Assembly (NCBI GenBank): GCA_965198175.1
Contig: OZ240245.1
Span: forward strand, 2,688,001-2,752,000
Length of the DNA: 64,000 bases
Source: Candidatus Poribacteria bacterium
Lineage (GTDB): Bacteria > Poribacteria > WGA-4E > PCPOR2b
Direction of reading: 5' to 3'
In this document: positions 54,960 through 64,000 of the stretch, one piece after another
Layout of the letters: every line of letters starts with the position of its first letter
Numbering within the stretch: the stretch's first letter is position 1
The notes under the pieces: model-generated
Databases searched by the model: none
The model's input: the letters and a program-made list of their open reading frames with translations, nothing else
Told to the model about the DNA's origin: nothing
Made by a program: the position numbers and the translations under genes

Positions 54960-55781
54960 TCAAATAAGCCCTGTGCGAGGCTGGACAAAAGCAATAACGC
55001 AGGTCGTTATCACAGCTACCCAGATAGCGACGTAAAGCGGAACAAACTTATACCTTTTTTCAAGCATCTCCGGATACTGTATTGTTTTTCCGGCAAATTT
55101 TCCACGAGGCTTGTTTGGAAAAAAGAAGGTCTTGTAGGTTTCAATCGTGCCGACGGTATAACCCAGCCCGCCCATGGAAATGTACAGGTACGTGTCAGTA
55201 AAACAGGCGATGAGCAACGCATAGAGAGATGCAACGATTGGGCTGCGGAAAAATTTGAGCCATTCAAAACCTTCCAATGGAGCGTCTTTCCAAGCGCCGC
55301 CAAAGGCTGAAATCCACCCACCCACACTGCCAATCAGCAGAACGACGACCACGTTTGGGAGTTTCAAATTCGCATTCTGCAAGGCAATGATGCTCGCTAT
55401 AGCTAGGGCAACACCAACTAAGTAAGCTACACCAGCTAACCAACGCCGCCACTGGCTCTGCACAACGGTCCCTCCTACGTGAAACTGCATCGGGATGAAA
55501 TACTTGGATTGATCTTCTTCTCGCAGAAACGTTTTGTAGAATTCGAGTACTCCGCGTTCGATGACATAGGTCAGGCCATAAAGGATAACCATACTTGCAG
55601 GCCTAGCCACGTCAAGATCTGTAACGCGCTCAAAAATTATAGCGATGAGTCCACTGAATATGATACTTCGGAAATATTTCCTATAAGTGAAACCCTCGTA
55701 GATGGCATCTTTGTACATTCCCCAGGTGGCGGAGTGAGCTCCTGCCATCAAGCCGATAACCAACGCGATAAATAAATTCAT
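54960..55781 (-). CDS. Membrane protein with internal two-fold repeat
   Basis: WGMYKDA.YEGF..RKYFRS and GGAWKDAP.EGF..LKFFRS; EFYKTF and ETYKTF. Confidence 0.75.
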   Translation of the reverse strand: MNLFIALVIGLMAGAHSATWGMYKDAIYEGFTYRKYFRSIIFSGLIAIIFERVTDLDVARPASMVILYGLTYVIERGVLEFYKTFLREEDQSKYFIPMQFHVGGTVVQSQWRRWLAGVAYLVGVALAIASIIALQNANLKLPNVVVVLLIGSVGGWISAFGGAWKDAPLEGFEWLKFFRSPIVASLYALLIACFTDTYLYISMGGLGYTVGTIETYKTFFFPNKPRGKFAGKTIQYPEMLEKRYKFVPLYVAIWVAVITTCVIAFVQPRTGLI

Positions 55782-56116
55782 AGTCGTTTATATACCTCCG
55801 ATTGATAGGATTGTACTGATTCGTGAAGCGTGGTAGCGTGTTCTAACGTGTCATTTGTCGTACATCCCCAAAGAGGCGAATTGTCTATAGTCTCCAGGTT
55901 TTCCCTTAAACCTAGCTAACCTTATTGGGAACGACACATTGAGTAGGCTAGTTAAACATATCGCTCTTAGCAGAACTCGAGTTAATGGTCGATGCCAGTT
56001 TCATGTTCATGTTATCCCTACAGGATTCGGCGGACGGAAAGTCATCTGAACGTTAATTTGGTGCAAATGGGATACTACTTCCCACTATTAGGATTTACAT
56101 TGCAAATATACTCATT

Positions 56117-57088
56117 TCAAATAGATTGGTAAATCGTTTCGATAAGGTCGAGATCTCTTTGTGCCAAATCAAGAGCCATCTGAGGTTCCTTCTCCTCCCT
56201 TAAGGCGCGGACAAAATCGCGGAACATGGTCTTGTAGCCAGCGACATCGGTTAGTTTGGGAATGATGACACGTTTGTGCACACCGTTGACAAGGATGAAT
56301 AGCCCGTTGGATTCAAAGGTAATAGAACCTTTCCGGCCAAATATCCTAGATATTCGTAGCCCCTTGAATAGCGAGGGAATCTCCCAAGAATAATACAGCG
56401 TTCCAACTGCGCCCTCGGAATACTCAATGGCAACAAGCATACTCCTGTCTGAGCCCTCCCTCGCACCCGTGCGATAGCCGCGTATCGATTCCACCGTTAA
56501 TCCTAAATTGGCGACAAAGTTAATCCAGTGGATACCTCCCTCAAACAAGGCACCTCCTCCCGCCAATACGGGATCGCCACGCCAGTCGTCAGTCGTCTGG
56601 CGCTTGATGGCATTAACGTGGACGAAAAGCACTTCGCCGATGAGTCCTGCGCGAATAAGCTCCCGGAGCTTGAAGGCAAGAGGTTTATAAAAGTAATTCT
56701 CTGCTACAAAGACGTACCTCCCGGTTTCGACTTGCGCCTGACGGATGTCCACAAAATCAGCAGCGCGCAGAAACGCAGGCTTCTCCACAATGACATGCTT
56801 TCCGGCACGCATTGCTTCTAGCGTAAGATCGAGGTGGTAAGCTGGGGGCGTTGCAACAAGAACCACCTCAATCTTGTCATCCGCAATGGCCGCATCATAT
56901 GAATCGAAGTAGCCACTTCCTCTGTATTTCCGGTTGTATGCAGCCGCCTTATCTCCGTCCCGACTAGCGTAATATCTCCGAAAATCTCGTTTGAAACCTG
57001 ACAGTGTCTTACTGTGTAGACGCGTTGCAAAGCCACAACCCAGAAAAGCTAAGTTTAGCTGCGCCAATGAATCTCTTTCTGATACCAT
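56117..57088 (-). CDS. Gfo/Idh/MocA family oxidoreductase
   Basis: LGCG, VATPP, GKHVIVEKP and GGGALFEGGIH motifs. Confidence 0.9.
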   Translation of the reverse strand: MVSERDSLAQLNLAFLGCGFATRLHSKTLSGFKRDFRRYYASRDGDKAAAYNRKYRGSGYFDSYDAAIADDKIEVVLVATPPAYHLDLTLEAMRAGKHVIVEKPAFLRAADFVDIRQAQVETGRYVFVAENYFYKPLAFKLRELIRAGLIGEVLFVHVNAIKRQTTDDWRGDPVLAGGGALFEGGIHWINFVANLGLTVESIRGYRTGAREGSDRSMLVAIEYSEGAVGTLYYSWEIPSLFKGLRISRIFGRKGSITFESNGLFILVNGVHKRVIIPKLTDVAGYKTMFRDFVRALREEKEPQMALDLAQRDLDLIETIYQSI

Positions 57089-57092
57089 TGTG

Positions 57093-58661
57093 TCAAGTCT
57101 TTTCACGAAAAATTCCTGCGATATGCTCGCCAACGCGTAAGGCATTAGCGGCTATCGTCAAGCTGGGGTTCAAGCCTGCCGAGGTGGGCATGAAGCTGCC
57201 ATCCACCACGTACAGATTCCTGACCCCACGAAATTGGCAATATGGACCTAGGGCAGATGCATGAGCTGCATCTCCGATTCGGACAGTGCCAACGGCGTGA
57301 GAGAAGGTTTTAATCTTGTGAACGTAACAGAACCACGCGCCAGCTTTTCGGAAAATTTGCTTCGCGCTTTTGACTAGTACGTCGCGAGAAGCGCTATCTC
57401 GCCTGGTGTAGTGGTGGGTAACAAGTAACTGGGGGAGTCCAAAGCGATCTTTCCGATGCCGGTTGATGGTGACGTGGTTATTGTACTGCGGTTTGTCCTC
57501 CGCCATGACCAGCAGACCGGTCAGATGCTCAACACCAGCACTGAGAATTCGACCGAGCGGTTTGGGTAAGGCTTCTTTTACTAGACCCACGGGCGGTGTT
57601 TGCAACTGCTGGATGCTCCCCAATTTGCCGGGGGGGTTTTTAATGGTCGGGTGCCCGAAATAGAAATCGTGAATCCCAATCTGCTTGTGGAACTGCTCTG
57701 CCTTGTTGGGGCGGCATGGAAAGAAACCAAACACAATGGCGCTGCAGTGACGCATCAGATAGCGACCGATGGTGTGACCACCAGGGTTAACGCGGTGTAG
57801 TTCGGAAGCGAGCAGTAGATGTGGTGACCCCAGCGCACCCGCAGAAAGAACGAAAAACTGAGCATGATAATGGTGTTTCTCATCCGTCTGCTTGTCATGG
57901 CATTCCAGCGAGACCAGCCGATTTCCATCACTAACCAACCGAGTCACAACGACGTTTGGCTTAAGATGAAGCCCTTTTCTGATCAAATCTGGCAGAACAC
58001 AAGTTGCCAGATCGTTTTTCGCTTGAATCGCACAAGCGAAAGTGTCGCATGTAGTACAAGAAATACATCGCGCTCGATTGCCGTCAGAGGAGTAGTTAAT
58101 AGCCAATGCCAGGCGGAACGGGTTTAACCTGAGATCGCGCGCAGCTTGTTCAATGAGGCGCGACGTGTACGAAAGTGCATTAAGTGCCTGCGGATAGGAA
58201 GCGCTTCGGTTCGGTTCAGTTGGATCGCGCCCCGTTTCACCGGCAACATCAAGTATCTGTTCGGCGTGTGTGTAATAGGGTTCCAAGTCAGCATAAGAAA
58301 AGGGCCACCGTGCTTCCGAGTTGCCGACAATCTCAGGGGCGGCTTCAAAGTCGGCTTCACGAAATCGCATTGATACACCGCCATAGAACACCGATGGCCC
58401 ACCAACGCAACTATACGCACCCATTACATCACTGGTACCACCGGTTAATACACGATACGGAGTTTCGTCTGTGTAGAATGGAGTTAAAAACACTGTGCCG
58501 TTGGGATCCCAATTCTGCAGGCTACGCGGAACCCAATCGCCACGTTCAAGCATCAGCACTTTTAGACCGGCATGAACAAGGCTATGGGCAACCATCGATC
58601 CGCCAAAACCGCTACCGATGACAATAGCGTCATAAGTCATATGTGCTGACTGATGGGTCAT
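57093..58661 (-). CDS. GMC family FAD oxidoreductase
   Basis: IGSGFGG, LERG, CxxCxxC, HAVGT.R and NLYVVDGS.MPTS...NPSLTI motifs. Confidence 0.92.
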   Translation of the reverse strand: MTHQSAHMTYDAIVIGSGFGGSMVAHSLVHAGLKVLMLERGDWVPRSLQNWDPNGTVFLTPFYTDETPYRVLTGGTSDVMGAYSCVGGPSVFYGGVSMRFREADFEAAPEIVGNSEARWPFSYADLEPYYTHAEQILDVAGETGRDPTEPNRSASYPQALNALSYTSRLIEQAARDLRLNPFRLALAINYSSDGNRARCISCTTCDTFACAIQAKNDLATCVLPDLIRKGLHLKPNVVVTRLVSDGNRLVSLECHDKQTDEKHHYHAQFFVLSAGALGSPHLLLASELHRVNPGGHTIGRYLMRHCSAIVFGFFPCRPNKAEQFHKQIGIHDFYFGHPTIKNPPGKLGSIQQLQTPPVGLVKEALPKPLGRILSAGVEHLTGLLVMAEDKPQYNNHVTINRHRKDRFGLPQLLVTHHYTRRDSASRDVLVKSAKQIFRKAGAWFCYVHKIKTFSHAVGTVRIGDAAHASALGPYCQFRGVRNLYVVDGSFMPTSAGLNPSLTIAANALRVGEHIAGIFREKT

Positions 58662-58913
58662 GATTAGACCATCCTGCTCATCTAGTACCAAGTGTGGTTC
58701 AAATGACTTTCACCAAAAGGGCGTTTCCCACACCCACACAAGAGAACACCATGTCCGAAAAGTTCGCACTAGAAGCCGAAAACAGTATCGGACCAGCAAA
58801 AAGCGACGTTTCTCACCAATGGGGCCTCTGCGATGAAGGTGTTGGCGTTGTTCAAGCACCAAAGTATTGGAGAGAGGCTCTGCTGGTATTGGAAAATGGA
58901 TTGGTTTGGTTAT

Positions 58914-59546
58914 TTAAGTAAGTTTCCACCACAGTTCATTCACCGTTCGTCGAAGCGCATCGATTGTACTGTTGTTTTCAATGACAATATCGGCATATTT
59001 GATTTTTTCGGACACCGGTATATGGGAATCAATTCTCGCCTGTGCCTCAGCCTGACTGAGCAACCTGTTTTGGGCCGCACTTCGATCCAACAACCTTCGG
59101 AGTTGTATTTCCGGTGAAACTGTAACCACAACGATAATGTCCACTGTGTCCTGCGCACCTCCCTCAATGAGCAGTGGCGCCTCAATAAGGACAACACAAC
59201 TAGGAGTTGCCGTCACAAGTCGTCTTGCTTCAGCACGAGATTGCTGAATGATTAGCGGGTGCATAACCTCGTTCAAACGCTCACGAGCGGTTGTATCGTT
59301 GAAGACAATCGCCCCCAGTTTCTGACGACTGACATCGCCCGATAGGTCGAGAATACCAGCCCCAAAAATCTCAATGAGTTTCTTTATAACCGGGCTCCCA
59401 CGTTTCAGCAACCGATGCCCAATCTCATCCACGTTGATAAGGATGGCCCCCTTTTCCGCTAGTAATTGAGAGACCGTCGATTTTCCACTAGCGATACCGC
59501 CTGTGACACCGACAATAACCCCACGATCCGAATCTATGGATTTCAT
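58914..59546 (-). CDS. coaE: Dephospho-CoA kinase
   Basis: GVTGGIASGKS, LG.IVF.D, MHP.I and EAPLL.E motifs. Confidence 0.93.
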   Translation of the reverse strand: MKSIDSDRGVIVGVTGGIASGKSTVSQLLAEKGAILINVDEIGHRLLKRGSPVIKKLIEIFGAGILDLSGDVSRQKLGAIVFNDTTARERLNEVMHPLIIQQSRAEARRLVTATPSCVVLIEAPLLIEGGAQDTVDIIVVVTVSPEIQLRRLLDRSAAQNRLLSQAEAQARIDSHIPVSEKIKYADIVIENNSTIDALRRTVNELWWKLT

Positions 59547-59654
59547 AAGGCGCGTTGTGTATTGTGTTCTCCTCGCTACATCTCTTTCTTGATGACCGGC
59601 TTTGACGAAGTTAGATGAATCCCAACCTAAGGTGGAGGACAAGCGAGGGGAAAG

Positions 59655-61580
59655 TCACAAGTTGCGGTGGTAGAACCACCATTCCACGACAAGCAGTAGC
59701 AGTGCAAAATTTGCTGAATAGCCCCAAAGCTCCTGATTGACAGCTTGCAGTTCACCGTGCCCCATTCTACAAGCTGTATCAGCATCCTCAACTTCTTCAA
59801 CGTCCTCGGATGATCCTTGAGGAGAGATGTCCGATTCCTGCGCATCAAGTAGGTTGACGGCAAATTTTCCCCATTGTCCGCCATTGATAAATAAAGAATA
59901 AACACCAATTTGGCGGGTTTCAGTAAAAAAAACAGACGAAGTGCCTATTTCCAAATCTATTGACGTTCCATCAGGTAATTGAACCGCCAACTCCTCCACT
60001 TCATCGGGATGGTCAAGGCGGATTTTCACGGGTTCACCCGCTTTAACAACGTCGGGTTGAATCAGTGCTGTTGCTGTTTCAAGCCACTCAAGGCACTGAG
60101 CCATAAGAATCAGGGCAGAAGCAACTGATCGGTCAAACAAAGCAAAACGTGAAATTCGGAGATCGAACGGATCAAAAGCAAAGACAATTACCTTTCTCGT
60201 GCTGTCTTCGTGCGGAAATTCACTCGGTTCAGCTTGTGTGCCGAGCCAGATCAGCGGCGCCCTCGCGGTCTGAGCAAGCGGGATACCCCAAATAGGTAAT
60301 TCACACATTAGCGATTCCTTAACCTCCAAGCCAATCAACGACACACTGCGCATCGCCGGGTGGGTTTGGTTCTGACTAATCACACTTAGTGGCTGTTCGC
60401 TCTTCTGGACGGGCATAAAAGGTAAGCCTGCAACAGGGTTCAGGAAAATGGCGTTGCCATCGGGGAGGGGACTGGGAACAAACTGATTGAATATCACCAT
60501 ATCACGATCCGCCAAGCCGTGATAATCATCGGGTCGAATCTGTGCAAACACCACGTGCGGGTTTGTCTTGAGCATGGACGCCAATAACGGTTGCTCTCGG
60601 TTACTAACAAGTAGAACCTTCCATTCCGGAGGCGGGTGCAAAATCCCTGATGCGATGTTATCAACGGAAAGATCGTCGTCAACATCAACGAGGCGAGCGC
60701 TGATAGTCTGCCCATCGAATCCCTCGTCCACCTCCGTAAACACAATCGACGCTGTATCTCTCACTGCAATAGTAACCGTTTCATCATTGGCCCACCGCCC
60801 TTCGATTTCTAGTCTGACCTGAACTCGCTTTGGAATATCTGAAAAATTTTGCACCACTACAAGGATCCGGTATAAGCTCGATTGGTGTGCATCCCGTGTC
60901 ACGCTAAAGCGTACAATTCCGATGTTGTTAATCTGTTTGCCCAAGGCGATTTCTTGAAAATGGAGCGATATTTGGTTTGCGGCAGGAGGCAAGTTCTCGA
61001 AATTATCACTGATAAAGAAAACCTGCGTGTTTGGCATGTTCGCGTAAATCTGGGCAGAGTCAAAAGCAGTCTTCAAATCTGGCGGACCATGCCGCACAGA
61101 CAAGTTATTGACTGCCCGGCGCAGTTTTTCCTTATCTGACGTAAAAGCCTGACGCACATTGCTCGATGGAGGGGACGTATCCATAATCATCATATGACCA
61201 TTCGCATCAAGCCGAGTAATAAGTTTCAAAGCCCCCACCTTTGCTGCATCAAGACGGCTCTTTCCCGAATCAGTCGCCTGCATACTCGTCGACGTATCAA
61301 TGATAATTATTGACTGATTGCTCAAAGAACTAGGTTGGCGCAGTGCAGGACGTGCAACACCACCAATGACAATTAATAGAAACAAAATCTGTAAGGGGAG
61401 TAAAATCGAGTTCCGCAAACGTTGGAAAGGGACATTAGCTTTCATATCCTCGACGGCTTCAAGCCAAAGCATCACACTAGGCACAATGCAACGTTGACGA
61501 CGAAGCTTGAGGAAATGCAACAATGCCACGATGGGAATAAACACTAAGAGATAAAAAGCGGAAGGGTTCAGAAAATGCAT
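59655..61580 (-). CDS. BatA/vWA domain membrane protein
   Basis: N-terminal MHFLNP...PS.MLW, MIDAS DTSTSM and a C-terminal EWW.YHR. Confidence 0.9.
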   Translation of the reverse strand: MHFLNPSAFYLLVFIPIVALLHFLKLRRQRCIVPSVMLWLEAVEDMKANVPFQRLRNSILLPLQILFLLIVIGGVARPALRQPSSLSNQSIIIIDTSTSMQATDSGKSRLDAAKVGALKLITRLDANGHMMIMDTSPPSSNVRQAFTSDKEKLRRAVNNLSVRHGPPDLKTAFDSAQIYANMPNTQVFFISDNFENLPPAANQISLHFQEIALGKQINNIGIVRFSVTRDAHQSSLYRILVVVQNFSDIPKRVQVRLEIEGRWANDETVTIAVRDTASIVFTEVDEGFDGQTISARLVDVDDDLSVDNIASGILHPPPEWKVLLVSNREQPLLASMLKTNPHVVFAQIRPDDYHGLADRDMVIFNQFVPSPLPDGNAIFLNPVAGLPFMPVQKSEQPLSVISQNQTHPAMRSVSLIGLEVKESLMCELPIWGIPLAQTARAPLIWLGTQAEPSEFPHEDSTRKVIVFAFDPFDLRISRFALFDRSVASALILMAQCLEWLETATALIQPDVVKAGEPVKIRLDHPDEVEELAVQLPDGTSIDLEIGTSSVFFTETRQIGVYSLFINGGQWGKFAVNLLDAQESDISPQGSSEDVEEVEDADTACRMGHGELQAVNQELWGYSANFALLLLVVEWWFYHRNL

Positions 61581-61583
61581 ATT

Positions 61584-62030
61584 TTACATTGCTGAAATCG
61601 GTTCTTCAGGGGTATCTACTTTACCGGCTTGTTTATCTCGGAGTTTTTGCATAATTTCCTCCGCATCTTGACGACCGACTTCACCATACTTTCTGAGCTG
61701 TTCACATTCTTCCGGGACTTTGTCATACTCCCGCCGCTCAAAGTAGATGTTTGCCAGATTTTTGTGCATTTCCCTGAAGACCCCCGGCCAATTACGCTCG
61801 GATTCCTTGCTAAGTAGCAGTTTTGCTCGCTCAATGGCGTGATTGACGATTTCGTCAAGCGCCGCTTTCTCAGCTTCAGAAATATTACTTAAATCCTCAT
61901 TATTCTCCTGCATTTCCTCAATTCGCTTGTTGTATTTATCCAACTCTTTAATCGCTTTGTCGCAATCGTTATATGTTCTTTCGATACCAATCGCGCCATC
62001 AAAGATTTTCGATAGAAAATTCCATTTCAT
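61584..62030 (-). CDS. Hypothetical helical (TPR-like) protein
   Basis: Open frame ending 3 bp before the vWA gene start. Confidence 0.7.
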   Translation of the reverse strand: MKWNFLSKIFDGAIGIERTYNDCDKAIKELDKYNKRIEEMQENNEDLSNISEAEKAALDEIVNHAIERAKLLLSKESERNWPGVFREMHKNLANIYFERREYDKVPEECEQLRKYGEVGRQDAEEIMQKLRDKQAGKVDTPEEPISAM

Positions 62031-62317
62031 AAGAAAAAACCGCAGCAGTCCCACTTCATGAAGCTATATTAAGTTTAGTTTAAATTGCTCGCAGATGAAA
62101 CTTTAAAATCAACAATTGCCGCAGAATGCTAGCATGCCGAAATCGCAATCTTGACTCACTGTTAGCCATCATCAATTATGGGATGCAAGGGATGCGGTTA
62201 CCCCCTTTCTCTGTAACGATTATGCTCCCTCAAACAGGGATGCTATTATATAAAAAGGTGAGAGGTTAAGTAACTATCGATCAAAAACCGACATCGGACT
62301 TCTTAGACCTCCTTCGT

Positions 62318-62668
62318 GGACCCGAACGTGCAGCAGGAACTGTAGCTCGGTGAATTCATCACCGAATAAAGGGATTTGGGTGAAGTTAGCCTATGAGGAA
62401 AGAGAGGAGATAATCCGCAAATGCAAGATGTGCAGATTGAACCGGGTGATCGGACAAATAGAATGTTTTTCCCTTATCCCGACCCTCTCCAATGACTCCC
62501 TTCTCGGTTACTTCGTAACATTTCCTCTCTCTGACAAGCATCTCCTCACGCGAGTGGAAGAGAGAAAAGCGAGGAATTTGATTGGGGTAGAAAGAGAAAT
62601 CTCTCTTAGGTTAGACAACGAACGCACACCACAACTACAACACAACATGCGCATACCCAGTTAAGTCC
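62318..62668 (-). ncRNA. Candidate ~350-nt structured ncRNA of unknown class
   Basis: Own promoter, 5'/3' ends paired through a long G-U-rich stem, and many nested internal helices (see findings). Confidence 0.6.
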
Positions 62669-62673
62669 ACTAA

Positions 62674-62701
62674 ATCGTACCACACGAGTCGGCGTAGTCA
62701 A
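62674..62701 (-). promoter_or_regulatory. Extended -10 sigma70 promoter
   Basis: TTGACT-N16-TACGAT with TG extension. Confidence 0.7.
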
Positions 62702-62731
62702 CAACCAAATAGTAGCAAGATAAGCCAGAGT

Positions 62732-62759
62732 GTCGGGGTACAGCGTACTGAACCCCGAC
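62732..62759 (-). terminator. Hairpin after the DUF5069-like gene
   Basis: GTCGGGGT.CAG...CTG.ACCCCGAC. Confidence 0.7.
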
Positions 62760-62776
62760 TAGAAATTGAACGTCGA

Positions 62777-63217
62777 TTAACTCGTCAAGGACGCGTGAAA
62801 TTCAGTCCAATCGTCGAGGTTATTGAGATTCACTGCATCCAAGATAGAACCATCGTCTTCAATCCCCGACGCACCGAGGATTGCTTCGCGCGTTTCATCA
62901 GCATGGTTGTACCCTCTGATAGCCGCATTTAGACTATCAATGGTCGTTTGATCGATATTCCCCCCTTTTTGTTCGAGAAGCCAACTTTCAAACTGGGGGT
63001 ATGTCGGAAGGTTGTCTTTGAGGTACTTGAGTGCTGCTTCGCGATTAATCCCCAACCCATCAAGAACCATTTGATCGAATCCCATACCGCATTCGTCATA
63101 GTCATCGGGAAGTTGGCCTGTGGCGCTCAAGATGACCTTAGACCACAGTCGCGGGAGATGAATCACACCTAGTGACCCTGCAACATCCGAACTAATTGTC
63201 GGAATAATTCCTGCCAT
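62777..63217 (-). CDS. DUF5069-like protein
   Basis: G.LGV.HLPRLW.K, GFDQMVLDGLG and PTYPQFE.W motifs; RBS AAGGAG. Confidence 0.7.
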   Translation of the reverse strand: MAGIIPTISSDVAGSLGVIHLPRLWSKVILSATGQLPDDYDECGMGFDQMVLDGLGINREAALKYLKDNLPTYPQFESWLLEQKGGNIDQTTIDSLNAAIRGYNHADETREAILGASGIEDDGSILDAVNLNNLDDWTEFHASLTS

Positions 63218-64000
63218 TTTCTTTTCTCCTTGTCTTCGCTATACAATCATGAATATCTGCACTCTGCAAAGGATTGGACAGAGACTTCAGAAGGTTTTCA
63301 CCTAATTGAGTGAATCGTTAACGACACACGATACGTACAAGATTTCTTGTTTCTTGACCGAACCCTCCAAAGGTTCGCGGACTATTTAAAATGTAAATCC
63401 AGAGCACTCCTGGATTCTAAGCGAATCCATTATAGCATAGATAAAATAAACTGAAAAGCATAAAAGAGACTGGCAAAAATAAACATACGGACGCAGTGAA
63501 AAATTGTTGAGTACACCGCCCTATTCCTTGACTGGTAGAATCCTTACACACTCTCGCATTCTTTGCTCTTGATCTCTGCTACATCTATGCTATAATTATG
63601 TAGGATTGGGTTAGATAAGATCTTCTGACCATAATTCCCAAAGTCTAGATACAAGGTTCATTAAGTCTATTGTACAAATGACAAGGTTCTATTGATATTT
63701 GGGTGGAAAGTTGTCATTATGTAATAATCCTGCCAATAACCTTCGGCGACTCGACAATTCAATCGCATCGCCCACGGATTGATTCATCAGCAAGACAGAG
63801 CGGTTTGTCGGAATTTACCGAAGGAAAACGATGGTATAGATGCATTATTGTGTTGTAGGATTTTTTTTGTTGTCAGTACCCCGTTTGAAAGCGGGGAAGG
63901 CTGCGTGTATCTTAGTAGAACGGAACGACCAAGAATGACAATATAGTCAACACAAGGCAGTTGCGTTGCACCAGTAATGCTTGGTGGCAGGAATTTGCTA

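Noticed and set aside
62350..62664. 104-aa ORF on +
   Set aside because: No RBS or recognisable motif, and it is antisense to the structured RNA candidate.
62318..62668. tmRNA or RNase P RNA, by size
   Set aside because: No GGGG 5' end with T-arm and CCA 3' end, and no GAGGAAAGUCC P4 motif.
63218..64000. Non-coding window end
   Set aside because: Only a promoter-like TTGATC...TATAAT near 63570-63597; no supportable feature.

Overview
Bacterial chromosomal window of about 45-50% GC. It probably comes from Candidatus Poribacteria. This is an inference from a C-terminal 'RRLVTTTWTKMK' sorting-like motif and the TPR, PhyH and CRTAC1 genes. The backbone of intact housekeeping and envelope genes includes purQ, hisC, a modA-modB fusion, a TPR/beta-barrel/ExbB/TonB operon, arsS-like radical SAM, mtnP, an OmpA/DUF4398 pair, katG, nfo, HU, MoxR, holA, metG, an amidase, coaE and a vWA protein. 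Three accessory patches interrupt it. (1) At 1-4.2 kb, a TPR protein fused to the target-recognition half of a type IIG restriction-modification enzyme is coupled to an ABC-ATPase with a HEPN-like tail. A GxxExxY nuclease pseudogene embedded in a REP-like repeat field follows. (2) At 32.7-36.4 kb, an IS1595 with passenger genes abuts HerA and DUF123 remnants. (3) At 46.7-50.8 kb, a second IS1595 carries cargo and a nested IS5. The best non-coding signals are a promoter-driven, heavily base-paired RNA of about 350 nt at 62318-62668 (-) that matches no class I recognise, and a terminator-ended structured leader upstream of metG. No CRISPR, rRNA or tRNA was seen. All calls were made by eye from motifs, and no searches were run.
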